The notes under the pieces were generated by a model, which saw nothing but the letters and a program-made list of their open reading frames with translations, was not told where the DNA came from and searched no databases. The translations under genes were made by a program, and so were the position numbers. Source: Candidatus Hodarchaeota archaeon (GTDB lineage: Archaea > Asgardarchaeota > Lokiarchaeia > Sigyniarchaeales > SOKP01). From it: a DNA stretch of 64,000 nucleotides. The stretch is taken from positions 128,001-192,000 of the forward strand of contig JBHLJY010000001.1 in assembly GCA_048887225.1 (NCBI GenBank), written 5' to 3'. Positions 28,557-39,041 of the stretch are shown here, piece by piece. Position 1 is the stretch's first letter, and the number at the start of each line of letters is the position of its first letter.

Positions 28557-30287
28557 ATGGTTAAAATGTTAGAAAATTTAGATAAAAGTCTTATGCAAAA
28601 TATTTTCAATTCTAACGAGTTTAAAGGATGGCTTATTTCGAGAAGATGGTTCGGATATAAGTCAGCCTTGTCAAATTTAGAGTTTAAAGTATCTATTGAT
28701 TATTTTGTAATTATTTCGGAAAGGATTTTTATTACAGTAATAAAAATTATAACTGAAATTTACTCCAAATCTTATTATTTGCCCTTGATTTTTTATAGAA
28801 AAATTCAAGATATTCTCGAACAAAGCGAAAATAATAGAAATAATATTATAAGATTGACTGAAATTACATTTAGTAAAAAACTTGCTCTTACTATAGGAAG
28901 CACCCAAAAAGTTTTTACGCTAAACTTGGTAGAAGCAGAATATTGTATATTCTTCTGGAAAAACATATTATTTAATAAAGATGTTATTGAGAAATTTCCT
29001 TCACTTTCTTTGGAACTAACCTTATATAGTGAACAATTTCAAGATGATATTAGAATGAGAGAAGTTCAGACCTTAATAGAGGCCAGTCTTTTTCCTAATA
29101 GATATGCATTATCGATGCAGCAATTAGGTGGAGGGGATACGACTAATTCACTATTTTTATTAAATTTAATTGACAAGAGAATCCCAGATCAGAATGCAAT
29201 TTCATTTGTTTTAAAATCGTATAAGGAATATCTAGAAAGTTTAGAGCCCTCTATTTTATTTGTTTTAGTTAAAAATAACTTTCCTAACGCCCCAAAAATC
29301 TATGGAACGATAAAAATAAAAGGAATCGAAACGGTTGGGATAATTGAAAACGTCCAAAATATTGGAAATATAGGAGATGTTGTATGGAACGAACTCAACG
29401 ACATGATTTACGATGTATTCAGTAACATTAAAGCGGATTATTCGCATCTTTCTGAAAAAAGCGAGATCTCAAACTTAACAAAAAATTATTTCGTCGAAAC
29501 TATGAAAGTTTCTGAGGAAATTGGCACCTACATTAGTAAATTACACGAATCGTTAATATTACCTGATGAACGAGATTATAGCATAGAAACTGTAAAAAGC
29601 ACGAATTATTTAAAAAATTATACAGATAAACTTAATTCAATTATATCAGATCTCCAAAATAACATAAGTCAACAATCTGAAAAAACTTTTTATAATCTAC
29701 CAAAAATAAATTCTATATTAATTGATATAAAAGAAATCATGGAAAAATTCCGCTCCGAATTTCCAGAAGATAAAATAAAAATCCAACCGGTTCACCAAGA
29801 TTTACATATGGAACAGGTATTATATAACAAAATTAATGAGCAATACCAGTTTTATTTTATTGATTACGAAGGAGATCCGCAACTTACTGTTGAAGATAAA
29901 AAAGGAAAATTTCCAATTGAAAAAGATGTAGCGTCATTTCTGAGATCTTTAAGTTATATTAAGTTTAACACATTTTTGAATTTTATAGAGAAAAAAATTA
30001 TTCAAAGAGACCGATACGAAGTACCCGAAGAGATCCTATATAGCCTTTTTTTCCGAAAAGCTGTTATTAGCAAAAATAAAGTTTTAGACGTAATTTTAAA
30101 AGTACTTAATGTGTGGGAGGAAAAATTAATGGCAAAACTTATTAGAGGTCTTAAACCAAATATTATATTAACTAATTATTTCACTATAGAAAGAGCTTTA
30201 TACGAATTAAACTACGAACTACTATTTAGACCGAATAAAATTATTGTCCCAATTCTAGGCTTAAAAGAAATTATTGAAAAATATTGA
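28557..30287 (+). CDS. Maltokinase (Mak/Pep2)-like kinase
   Basis: N-cap WLISRRWFGYK, HQDLHMEQVL, IDYEGDP, KDVASFLRSLSY, ERALYELNYELLFRP match Mak/Pep2 motifs. Confidence 0.82.
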   Translation: MVKMLENLDKSLMQNIFNSNEFKGWLISRRWFGYKSALSNLEFKVSIDYFVIISERIFITVIKIITEIYSKSYYLPLIFYRKIQDILEQSENNRNNIIRLTEITFSKKLALTIGSTQKVFTLNLVEAEYCIFFWKNILFNKDVIEKFPSLSLELTLYSEQFQDDIRMREVQTLIEASLFPNRYALSMQQLGGGDTTNSLFLLNLIDKRIPDQNAISFVLKSYKEYLESLEPSILFVLVKNNFPNAPKIYGTIKIKGIETVGIIENVQNIGNIGDVVWNELNDMIYDVFSNIKADYSHLSEKSEISNLTKNYFVETMKVSEEIGTYISKLHESLILPDERDYSIETVKSTNYLKNYTDKLNSIISDLQNNISQQSEKTFYNLPKINSILIDIKEIMEKFRSEFPEDKIKIQPVHQDLHMEQVLYNKINEQYQFYFIDYEGDPQLTVEDKKGKFPIEKDVASFLRSLSYIKFNTFLNFIEKKIIQRDRYEVPEEILYSLFFRKAVISKNKVLDVILKVLNVWEEKLMAKLIRGLKPNIILTNYFTIERALYELNYELLFRPNKIIVPILGLKEIIEKY

Positions 30288-30301
30288 AATTTCCTTAATA
30301 T

Positions 30302-30952
30302 TTACTCTTCTTTTTCTAATTTCGCAAACTCAAACGCATAATAAGATTTAGTTCTATCAATAGGACCTATTTTTTTAACGTAATCTTTTTTTTTCTTGCT
30401 GTCTTTGTTAATCGCTTCTGTTGTAAACAATGCTATTTCATATTCATCTTCAGGAGTATAATTTATTAGTTTATATACAAATCCTTCAACAAATTTCGCC
30501 GGACCGAACTTATTTGAAAATAAGATATAATTCTCTTTATCGATAAATTTTGGAAAAAAACCTAAATGTACACATAAATCAAGCTTATAATCTAAATTTT
30601 CTAATTGATTTTGAACCCTCGCTATATCATTTATAAGGCGTGCAAACTTTATTCCCAACTCCATTTGAGCTTCTTCTTCTAAGTTTTCGAGAAATTTCTT
30701 AAATGTGGATCTTTTTATAACTATTAAATCCCTATCGTCTAATGATCTAATAGAGCTTTGATCTATTATCAAATATTTTGCCATTTCCAAATAGTTTCTA
30801 ATGACATTAGCTTTAGTTAAGTGCTTTCTGTCTTTTATTTCTTCTAAGATTTGATCCAATCCTTGATCAATTCTAACTGTTAAAACATTAGTTACCTCTT
30901 TTTTTTCAGAATTTTTACCCTTTTCATCAATACTCATTCTTTTATCCTCCAT
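30302..30952 (-). CDS. Ribbon-helix-helix domain protein
   Basis: N-terminal VLTVRIDQGLDQILEE...TKANVIRNYLE RHH pattern plus a C-terminal domain of unknown type. Confidence 0.7.
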   Translation of the reverse strand: MEDKRMSIDEKGKNSEKKEVTNVLTVRIDQGLDQILEEIKDRKHLTKANVIRNYLEMAKYLIIDQSSIRSLDDRDLIVIKRSTFKKFLENLEEEAQMELGIKFARLINDIARVQNQLENLDYKLDLCVHLGFFPKFIDKENYILFSNKFGPAKFVEGFVYKLINYTPEDEYEIALFTTEAINKDSKKKKDYVKKIGPIDRTKSYYAFEFAKLEKEE

Positions 30953-31518
30953 GCTTGAAATATAATTCTAGATTTTTAATATTTAATCTCTAATTTATAG
31001 ATTTTATATAGTAATATTTGTATTCATTTTTATTCATATATAAATATTATTGACAAAAGAATTTAAATTTAAGTAGTAATATATTGAAGGATCCATGATT
31101 GTTTAAATAACTTACGAATAGAAGCCGTATATTCCTAATTTTTAAGAATTATTTTATCTCAATCCCAAATTATTAATGGTTGGATATTTCTTTTAAATCA
31201 AAAAGAAATCCATATTGAATCTCTTTATCTATTTTTTACCTTAATTGATATAATTGGATGAAATTTAATAAGATATTCCTACAAATTTACATAATTTTTA
31301 AAAGTATAAGAAATCCAATTACCTTTTAATCAAATATTTGTTTAATTAAATACAATTTCGTAAATACAAATGCAATTTTTATTCAAATTGCGACTACAGA
31401 TGAATATAAAGTAATTTTTTACTTTAATTTTCAACATTTGTTACAGTATAATGTTATTTAAATTACGAATTCTATTCTTATATTGTTAAGTTAAATAAAA
31501 AATAATGGCATAATAATA

Positions 31519-31842
31519 ATGGAAATTTCAGAAAGCGATATATTGGGGGTTGAGTTAGTAAACAAAGATCATTCCATTATAATTCATACCGATAAACAAA
31601 TAGAAAATATTGTAAAAGCTCTATCCAGTCAAACCAGACGAAAAATTTTACAACAAATCCAAAACAAGCCCATGGATGTAAGTAATATTGCCTCGAATTT
31701 AGGCATGACTGAGGCAAATATCTCTGCCCAAATTAAAAAGTTAGAAAAAGCGGGATTAGTAATTTGTGAATATAGCTCAGGGCAGCATGGAGTAAGAAAA
31801 ATTAGTCGGTTAAAATATGATGAGATAAATATCAAGATCTAA
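31519..31842 (+). CDS. ArsR/SmtB family winged-HTH regulator
   Basis: KALSSQTRRKIL...MDVSNIASNLGMTEANISAQIKKLEKAGLV. Confidence 0.9.
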   Translation: MEISESDILGVELVNKDHSIIIHTDKQIENIVKALSSQTRRKILQQIQNKPMDVSNIASNLGMTEANISAQIKKLEKAGLVICEYSSGQHGVRKISRLKYDEINIKI

Positions 31843-31931
31843 ATTTTCTTGATTCTTGTTTACGTTAATCTTAATTAAACTTAACCTTTTATGATCACTT
31901 GAAGGGCGAATTTTTTAAACAAATATTAGGT

Positions 31932-32204
31932 TTACCCCTTAATCAATTTTAATAAGACTTCTTTCAAATATAATTTCATAAGATATCTTTCAAGGGAACA
32001 AAAGTCTATTTTTTGCTTATTAGTCAAATCTTTGTAATTCAAAAAGATAGAACGATTTTTTTTGAGTAATTCAAGATAAGTTTTTTTCTCATTTCTAAGA
32101 CCCTGATCAATAAAATCTTTCTTTATAAAGCTAGATGATAATTTTAGTGTGGTATTACTCTCTAAAATAGCAGGATAATTTTCCTTAACTATACGTGAAC
32201 TCAT
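31932..32204 (-). CDS. Hypothetical protein
   Basis: 90 aa ORF in an otherwise empty interval. Confidence 0.55.
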   Translation of the reverse strand: MSSRIVKENYPAILESNTTLKLSSSFIKKDFIDQGLRNEKKTYLELLKKNRSIFLNYKDLTNKQKIDFCSLERYLMKLYLKEVLLKLIKG

Positions 32205-32374
32205 ATAGAATTGGGGGGCTTTTCTATTTTAGTAAAAAATTATTTTTTGATCCTATTAAAAAAGGACTCCCTTTTGGTTTAGTATTTTTTAAGGAAAATA
32301 AGGTAAATCTAATAAGACGATAAAAAAATAGATAATAAATGAGACGAATTTTATTTTTCGGGGGTTAATATAAC

Positions 32375-33904
32375 TTATTCTTGAGGTGTTAATATTGGAG
32401 GGCCATTTACAATTTTTTCCATATTTTCTTTATGATTTTTCATTTGTCTTAATTCGTCAGAAACGACGTGGTGAGACATTCCATTAGTATGGAGCATTGT
32501 AACACCGCCTTTAATTCCTTGTTTACACAATCGAAATATACAGTTAAGCATCCAATTAAATTTGCCGAATGGATTAAGATACTCCTTTACTCTTCTTCTA
32601 AACCAACCGCTGTCCAAATAATAGTAAGAATATGCTTCTGCAACTAGACGATACATTTCGATATTTGTTAATTGCTCGGTCTTCATCATAGTATGAAATA
32701 GATCGTAATGTTTATAATTATGGCTCGTGACCATACCTTTTGCATTCATCTCGTCGTAAAAAGGAGTTCCAGGGAAGGCAGTTATTGGAGTAAATTGCAC
32801 GACATCCATATCGAGTGATTTAGCATAATAGATATTTTGTCGTACCATTGTCTTAGTTTCACCTGGAAAGCCAATTATTACGCCTCCAAAAATTGAGATA
32901 CCTCTATCTCTTAGCATTTTTATTACTTTTCTTACCATAGTTGGTGTAAGGTTTTTTTTATTCATCGCATTGAGGCTTTTTTGATGAACCGATTCAATTC
33001 CAAGGAAAACTTGCCTAAAACTCGCTTTTTCTAATAGATCTATTAGCCAAGGATTGCGATATAGGGTGTCGACGCGAGATTGACAACTAAATCGCATTAT
33101 ATTATTAACTCCTGACTGTATGATCGCATCCAATATTTTTTTAGTGCGTTTAACATTAATAGTAAAATTATCCTCGCAGAAAAAGATAAAATTATTTCGC
33201 CAATCGACATCGTAAACTTCTCTCATTATTCTTATTAGGCTCTTAGTTCGATACACAATATGTTGCTTTGGATCTTTCCACATTTTAATAATACAACAAA
33301 ACTTACAGTTATGCGGACACCCTCTTGAAGTTTCTACTTGTCTTGTGGTTGTACCAAGATAAGTATAAAGTTTACCCTCTAAAAGATCTCGGCGTGGCAT
33401 GGGAAATTTGTCTAAATTACATTCTAATCTTCTATCGTTGTTATGAATGACTTTCCCTTCTTTATTTTTATACGAAACGCCATCTATATCTTTTAAAGAC
33501 ACATTATTCTTATTGCCATCAATATAATCTATAATTTCTTTAAAGGTATGCTCACCCTCTCCTCTAACTGTATAATCCACAGCAGGATGATTGGCTACAT
33601 ATTCTGGAACCAATGTGGGATGATATCCTCCGAGAATTGTAGTGCAACCATGTTCTTTAGCCATTTCAGCTACTTCAAAAGCGTGATAAATTTGAGGTGT
33701 CATACTGGTTATAGCAACTACATCATATCGATTTAATTCGTTATGGAATCGTTTTTCTCTATATTTATCGACTTTAAAATCAAATAATTTTGCTTCGTGT
33801 TCAGGAACCATAGCTGCAATTGAAATAAGACTTAATGGGGCACCTGTAATTATTGAATCCATTCCCGAGTCAATTCTCGCGGGATTAATGTAAAAAATTT
33901 TCAT
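32375..33904 (-). CDS. Cobalamin-binding radical SAM protein
   Basis: N-terminal B12-binding domain (LGGYHPT, VRGEGE), SRGCPHNCKFC (CxxxCxxC), LGIES, IIGFPGET. Confidence 0.93.
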   Translation of the reverse strand: MKIFYINPARIDSGMDSIITGAPLSLISIAAMVPEHEAKLFDFKVDKYREKRFHNELNRYDVVAITSMTPQIYHAFEVAEMAKEHGCTTILGGYHPTLVPEYVANHPAVDYTVRGEGEHTFKEIIDYIDGNKNNVSLKDIDGVSYKNKEGKVIHNNDRRLECNLDKFPMPRRDLLEGKLYTYLGTTTRQVETSRGCPHNCKFCCIIKMWKDPKQHIVYRTKSLIRIMREVYDVDWRNNFIFFCEDNFTINVKRTKKILDAIIQSGVNNIMRFSCQSRVDTLYRNPWLIDLLEKASFRQVFLGIESVHQKSLNAMNKKNLTPTMVRKVIKMLRDRGISIFGGVIIGFPGETKTMVRQNIYYAKSLDMDVVQFTPITAFPGTPFYDEMNAKGMVTSHNYKHYDLFHTMMKTEQLTNIEMYRLVAEAYSYYYLDSGWFRRRVKEYLNPFGKFNWMLNCIFRLCKQGIKGGVTMLHTNGMSHHVVSDELRQMKNHKENMEKIVNGPPILTPQE

Positions 33905-34059
33905 TTAAATACGCATTTTAATTAGTAAAAAATTTCTATAATTAATTTTATTTATCGGAGGAATTAATTGATAACAATTTAAGAAATCCCTAAAATTCAT
34001 ATGTTAGATTTATTGAATTTAAATTGATTTATAAACTTGCATATAAAAAAAAGAGGTTC

Positions 34060-35205
34060 TTAGGCTTCTAGAAAGTAAGTAACTAAAGTATTTTTAATTT
34101 CCTCGAAATGTCCTAAATGCACCTTTGAAAGGTCGATTAGAGATTCGCGGAGGCCTATTTTTTCAATTCTTTCTGTAATCTTGAAATATGGCGTTTCTTT
34201 AAGCTTTTTAATTAATAATTTGTGTTTTTCGCTCTCTGCTAAAAGTAATTCAATGGGATTGATTTCTTCAACTCCTAATATTTTTTGAACAAAGGACAGC
34301 AACATTGTGTCAAAAGTTATTCTCATTATGACTTCTTTATCAAATTCGGCTTTTTTATAAAATAAATAGGTTTTAAGAAGGGATATCGATTCTTTAAATA
34401 GTTGAATAGAATCATTACTGAGTTCTTTTATTTTCTCATTGTAAGCTCGATTTTTAGAAACTCTCAAACATATAACAGCTAAAGTTTGATATTCAGCTAC
34501 AAAATGAATAAATCGCGCTTTAGCGTTAAGCATTGTCTCTTTTGATTTTTCCTCATCTAATATTTCTCCAAGATTATCAAGAGATCTTCTAAAATAAGTA
34601 GCAATATCGTAAAATTTATTTGCAGCAGCTTCATATTCTTTCATAATTAATAAATTAAGCGCCCTTTTTTCTTCTACCTCGTAAAGCTCGTCAAATTTAT
34701 TGATTTTCATCACAGCCTGTAAAATCAGTCTTTTACCTTTATCTTTTGTTAAACTAGAGCGTTCATAAGTTTGTCCTGCTTTTAGCAATAAAAAAGAAGA
34801 AAGTTTATGAAATTCTTCGGGATCAGCCTTGTATAAATAAGAAGAAGCCTTTTCCCAACTTTCTCCAGCAGACTCCCAGTCATTCATCTTATATAATATA
34901 TTCGCTAGACTCATGAGCAATTTGGCAGAAATTTCGTATAATTTTAATTGTTCCGTCTTTCTAATGATTAAATTTAGACGGTGAATCGCATGAATATTAT
35001 TTTTAAATTGCGAAATTATTTTAGCAATTTGAATATAAAGCTCATCTAATTTGATATAGCTTCCAAAATCAAGATATATTTGAGCAGCTTTTTCATAAAG
35101 TTTTAAAGCTTTTTCTCCTTTGCCTTTATCGACTAGATTTTCTGCTTCGTCTATTAATTGTATTGCCTCGATTTCTTTCTGTTCTCTATCGCGATTATTG
35201 ATCAT
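34060..35205 (-). CDS. All-helical TPR-like protein (SNAP-like?)
   Basis: Repeated A..LYEKAA..Y / AGESWEKAS / AANKFYDIA helical motifs. Confidence 0.65.
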   Translation of the reverse strand: MINNRDREQKEIEAIQLIDEAENLVDKGKGEKALKLYEKAAQIYLDFGSYIKLDELYIQIAKIISQFKNNIHAIHRLNLIIRKTEQLKLYEISAKLLMSLANILYKMNDWESAGESWEKASSYLYKADPEEFHKLSSFLLLKAGQTYERSSLTKDKGKRLILQAVMKINKFDELYEVEEKRALNLLIMKEYEAAANKFYDIATYFRRSLDNLGEILDEEKSKETMLNAKARFIHFVAEYQTLAVICLRVSKNRAYNEKIKELSNDSIQLFKESISLLKTYLFYKKAEFDKEVIMRITFDTMLLSFVQKILGVEEINPIELLLAESEKHKLLIKKLKETPYFKITERIEKIGLRESLIDLSKVHLGHFEEIKNTLVTYFLEA

Positions 35206-35293
35206 TTTTAATCTATTCGGAGTGTTTTACTATAATTGATTATAAAAAATTTTTATTATATTATAATAGATCCATTAAATAAATTTAATTTTT

Positions 35294-36178
35294 CTATAGA
35301 TTATCAAGGAGTTTTATATTTTTACTTTTTAAAATATTTCTAAACTCTAAAGCTTGGGAAGTTGAAGCAAAACATTCTTTAGCGTCTTCAATGGCTCCGT
35401 AAAAAATAAAATTTGAGAACCATGAAGCAATAAACATAATGCTTGCTCTTCTATAGCGAGTGTGAAATTTTACGTTTAACCGAGGTGAGGAATATTTATA
35501 AAGAAATAGATTTGGAGCTGTACCAACCGGTAGTTTTAGCGAAGTACAGATTATTTGTTGAGTCTCTAAAATGTGAGCTAGGCTCTCTAAAGTTATGACA
35601 CCCCCATCAATCCAGATTTTCTCAATACCTAAATTATTTAATCCTTCTAACAAACTGATGTTATTAGGTTGGTTTTTATCAGTTAAATACGCATATCGTT
35701 GAGTGGATGTCATATTATCTGAGCCAAGAATTAGCACTACAACTGAATTAATTTTATATTTTTTAAGAATTTCCAGTTCTTGTTTGTTTTTAAGATTTGA
35801 AATGGCATTATATATATATTCATCTGGTTTAATGCCCCTTTCTTTAAGATATTTTATTCCTTCAACCCGCGCATCAAAAGTTCCACCTAAGACTAATGGA
35901 GTTTCAAAGTGATCTAAATAAAATTCTAGATATTTTATCATAGCTTTTTGTGTGTTTCCCGAAATCTCTATTAAATTTGGCAATTTATATTTTTCAGCTA
36001 AAGACTTTTGGGTTAAAATCCGCTTTTTTGCTTTCTCTTCATTGAAAATTTCTTCATTTTTTCGATTGATAAAAACCTGACCTTGATAAAATAGAGTTCC
36101 AATCATAACGGGAGGTAAATTAAAATTTCCTCGACCAAGTTTTATATTTTTATAAATATATGGACTATTATTCGTCAT
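35294..36178 (-). CDS. MtrH-like tetrahydromethanopterin/pterin methyltransferase
   Basis: PPVMIGTLFY.GQ...F.EEKA, IYNAI, LKLPVG.APN, FIFYGAIE match the MtrH family. Confidence 0.78.
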   Translation of the reverse strand: MTNNSPYIYKNIKLGRGNFNLPPVMIGTLFYQGQVFINRKNEEIFNEEKAKKRILTQKSLAEKYKLPNLIEISGNTQKAMIKYLEFYLDHFETPLVLGGTFDARVEGIKYLKERGIKPDEYIYNAISNLKNKQELEILKKYKINSVVVLILGSDNMTSTQRYAYLTDKNQPNNISLLEGLNNLGIEKIWIDGGVITLESLAHILETQQIICTSLKLPVGTAPNLFLYKYSSPRLNVKFHTRYRRASIMFIASWFSNFIFYGAIEDAKECFASTSQALEFRNILKSKNIKLLDNL

Positions 36179-36271
36179 AACAAATTTTTAATATTCTTTG
36201 ATTTACTGTTATTAAAAATTATTAGATAATGTTTGAGAATTAATATTTATGTACAAAAATAGTATATATGT

Positions 36272-37471
36272 TTAATACAGATGTAATTTATTCCCACAGC
36301 TCTTACATTGTCCATTCTCTAATTTTTGAAAACATTCTATGTGATATAATGTTCTGCATTCAGTATCACCGCATTTAACTACTTGTTGATTTTCTTCAAA
36401 AATATAATGACATATAGGGCAAGAACTATAAATAGCATCATCTCCTAAATCAGAGATATTTTCTAGTGTTGCGGGGAGTATTTCAGATTTCTGGGAATTT
36501 TCTTGTTTTTGATATTTTAATCCTGATAAGGAACGTAATTTTTGTGCTTGAGTCACCTCTAGGGGAATATTTAACAAGTAAAAACAATGAGGACATCTAC
36601 AAGTTCCAGATTCTGCTGACGTTTCATCTGTTTGGGACATTGCCCATCCTGCTAAACAATGAATATGATATGGTGTTTGACAATTTGGGCAATATCTGCC
36701 AGTGAGATAAAAACTACCCTTAGTTGTCGGATCGTCTTCTTGAAAACAGATCGTACACTTTTTAAAATCAGCCTCACCTCTTATTTGTTTCAATCTTAGT
36801 TCTTGTGTTTTTGTTAAATCTTGAACTCTTAATAATTTTGCAGCAATTTTTCTAAGGAAAGATGGATTTTTAATAAGAGATTCCATATCAGAACCAGGAA
36901 TTTTAATATTTGAATCAGCAAATTTTTGAGCAATTGCCAGCAATGATTTAGAATCATTACTGTAATAATATTTACCTTTTGTAAGATCGCTTAATTTTTT
37001 TAAAATGTTAAGCTGACTCATTACGCCTAATCTAAAAGTATCAATTTTAATATTAAGCCCTTGCGCAAGACGCGCCATTTTTATAGGATCGTTGATTGTT
37101 TCTGTATTAATCCCATCAGAAATTAGGAGAATTCGGGGAATATTTGCCATCACTTTTCGCAGCTCTCCGATTAATATCTTTATTGAAAGCGCTATACCAT
37201 CGCCCATATTGGAACGCCCTCCAATAGTAAGCGAATCTAACATATCGGAAAGCTGACTTTCAACACTGGTAAAGTCTGAAACTTTATTAGCATTATCTGA
37301 AAAAGATACTATTGCAAATGTACTCTTTCCATCTTCCTCAAATCTTTTTTGTATTAATTTTTTTATCGCATTTATGCAACTGTATAATCTATTAGGTTTA
37401 AAATCAGTTCTAAACATACTTCGGCTAGTATCTATACAAATAACCACGTTTTCAGAGACTCTTTGCGGCAT
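36272..37471 (-). CDS. vWA domain protein with two C4HC3 RING-like zinc fingers
   Basis: MIDAS DTSRSM, DFKPNRL, LISDG; fingers CTIC...CPNC.T.YH..C..W...CPHC and CPIC...C...C...YH..C...CKSC. Confidence 0.85.
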   Translation of the reverse strand: MPQRVSENVVICIDTSRSMFRTDFKPNRLYSCINAIKKLIQKRFEEDGKSTFAIVSFSDNANKVSDFTSVESQLSDMLDSLTIGGRSNMGDGIALSIKILIGELRKVMANIPRILLISDGINTETINDPIKMARLAQGLNIKIDTFRLGVMSQLNILKKLSDLTKGKYYYSNDSKSLLAIAQKFADSNIKIPGSDMESLIKNPSFLRKIAAKLLRVQDLTKTQELRLKQIRGEADFKKCTICFQEDDPTTKGSFYLTGRYCPNCQTPYHIHCLAGWAMSQTDETSAESGTCRCPHCFYLLNIPLEVTQAQKLRSLSGLKYQKQENSQKSEILPATLENISDLGDDAIYSSCPICHYIFEENQQVVKCGDTECRTLYHIECFQKLENGQCKSCGNKLHLY

Positions 37472-37789
37472 ATTTTTAGATCTTTTTATTATGAACTATC
37501 TTCTTTATATAACTCAATTAATAAATATTTATCCTTTGTTAGTAAAATTATGTTTTCCATTATAATTCTTTCCTTAATTCGTAAATTTAGCATGAAAATT
37601 AATAATTTCATAAGAGAGCTCTATTTTTAATATTATAAAATAATAAACTTACGTCGTAAGTAATGGAGAAAAAATTCTTTTTATTAGTTAAATTAGTTAC
37701 TAATTATTAGAAAAACTTTTTTTAAAGAGAAATATCTATACTTTACATATAATAAAGAAAAATAAGAAAACAAAACAATCTGAGTTTCA

Positions 37790-38995
37790 ATGTCAAAAAT
37801 CGACAATATTCAAAAGATTAAAGATTTTTTCAAATCAAATGTTATTATTAATGAAGTTGGAGAAGTGTTAGATTTTAAGCCTGATACACTCTTTGGCATC
37901 GATAAAATCAGTGCTGAAAAGCTGAGGGGATCTAATATTAAAACGATCTTAGATTTAGCTAGTTTAGATGAAGATAATCCTCCACAAATAAGAGATGTCA
38001 TACCTCAAATTATAGTTAAGTGGATTAAAGTTGCTAAAGTTCTTGAAAAAGCGGTAAAAGAACAATTAAAAGCGCAAAAGAAACTTTTACTTATTGGATT
38101 AGATAATGGAGGAAAAACTTCAATTTTAGCTGTTCTTCAAGATAAATTCTCAATTATTAAAGATTTGTTACCTACAAGAGGAGTTTCTCGAGAAAAGTTA
38201 GACTTTTTTGGCTATCCTATAATCTCATGGGATTTAGGAGGTCAAGTTCAGTACCGTGAAAAACTTTATTTTAATAAACCTGAATTATTTTTTGGAGAAG
38301 CAGATCTTATTCTATATGTTATTGACATACAAGATCCTACTAGGTTTGAAGAATCAGCTAGCTACTTTAAACAAGTGATAGACGTTTTATTGGAATTAAA
38401 AGAATATCCACCAATACTGGTTATTTTAAATAAATCAGATCAGGACGTAAGGCGTACCTTGACGTGGCAGAAAAATGTTGATGCTATTAAAAGTAAATTC
38501 GATCACATTCTTAGCCAATACGAAAATTTTAATGGTGAGTATTGTGATACAACAATTTTTCAGAAAGAAACGGTAATGCAAATGTTTAGCACTGCGTTAA
38601 TGAAAGTTTCTGAAACTTCAGAAATTATAGAGAATATTCTTGAGGATTTTGCAGAACAGATTGAAGGTAAAGCTTTAAGTTTAATTAGCATGGATGGATT
38701 AATTTTTGGAAGTCATTTTAAAACCAAATCAGACGAGATGTTAGTGAACAATTCAGCACTTTTGCTACAGACGCTCTCAAATTTTCATAACTCTCTTGGG
38801 TTACTCCGAGAAAAGGCTATATCCCTTGCCCTTCCTATGAATAATCTTACCATCCGAGGCGAGAAATTATTTGAATATTCTGATTTAGAAATTCCGGTTT
38901 ATTTATGGCTTCTCTCTGAAAAACCAGAAAAATTAGAAGGAAAATTAGATTTTTTCAGAGAGCAACTGCTACCATTAATTAATCTATTCATTTAA
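37790..38995 (+). CDS. HhH-domain + Rag/Arf-like GTPase + roadblock-like domain
   Basis: HhH TLFGIDKISAEKL...IKTILDLA; G1 GLDNGGKTS, G2 PTRG, G3 WDLGGQ, G4 NKSD, G5-like TTIF; C-terminal LSLISMDGLIFGS. Confidence 0.85.
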   Translation: MSKIDNIQKIKDFFKSNVIINEVGEVLDFKPDTLFGIDKISAEKLRGSNIKTILDLASLDEDNPPQIRDVIPQIIVKWIKVAKVLEKAVKEQLKAQKKLLLIGLDNGGKTSILAVLQDKFSIIKDLLPTRGVSREKLDFFGYPIISWDLGGQVQYREKLYFNKPELFFGEADLILYVIDIQDPTRFEESASYFKQVIDVLLELKEYPPILVILNKSDQDVRRTLTWQKNVDAIKSKFDHILSQYENFNGEYCDTTIFQKETVMQMFSTALMKVSETSEIIENILEDFAEQIEGKALSLISMDGLIFGSHFKTKSDEMLVNNSALLLQTLSNFHNSLGLLREKAISLALPMNNLTIRGEKLFEYSDLEIPVYLWLLSEKPEKLEGKLDFFREQLLPLINLFI

Positions 38996-39041
38996 AATAT
39001 ATTTAAACTAACATTCTTTCTAATTTCAATTCAGTTTTAAT

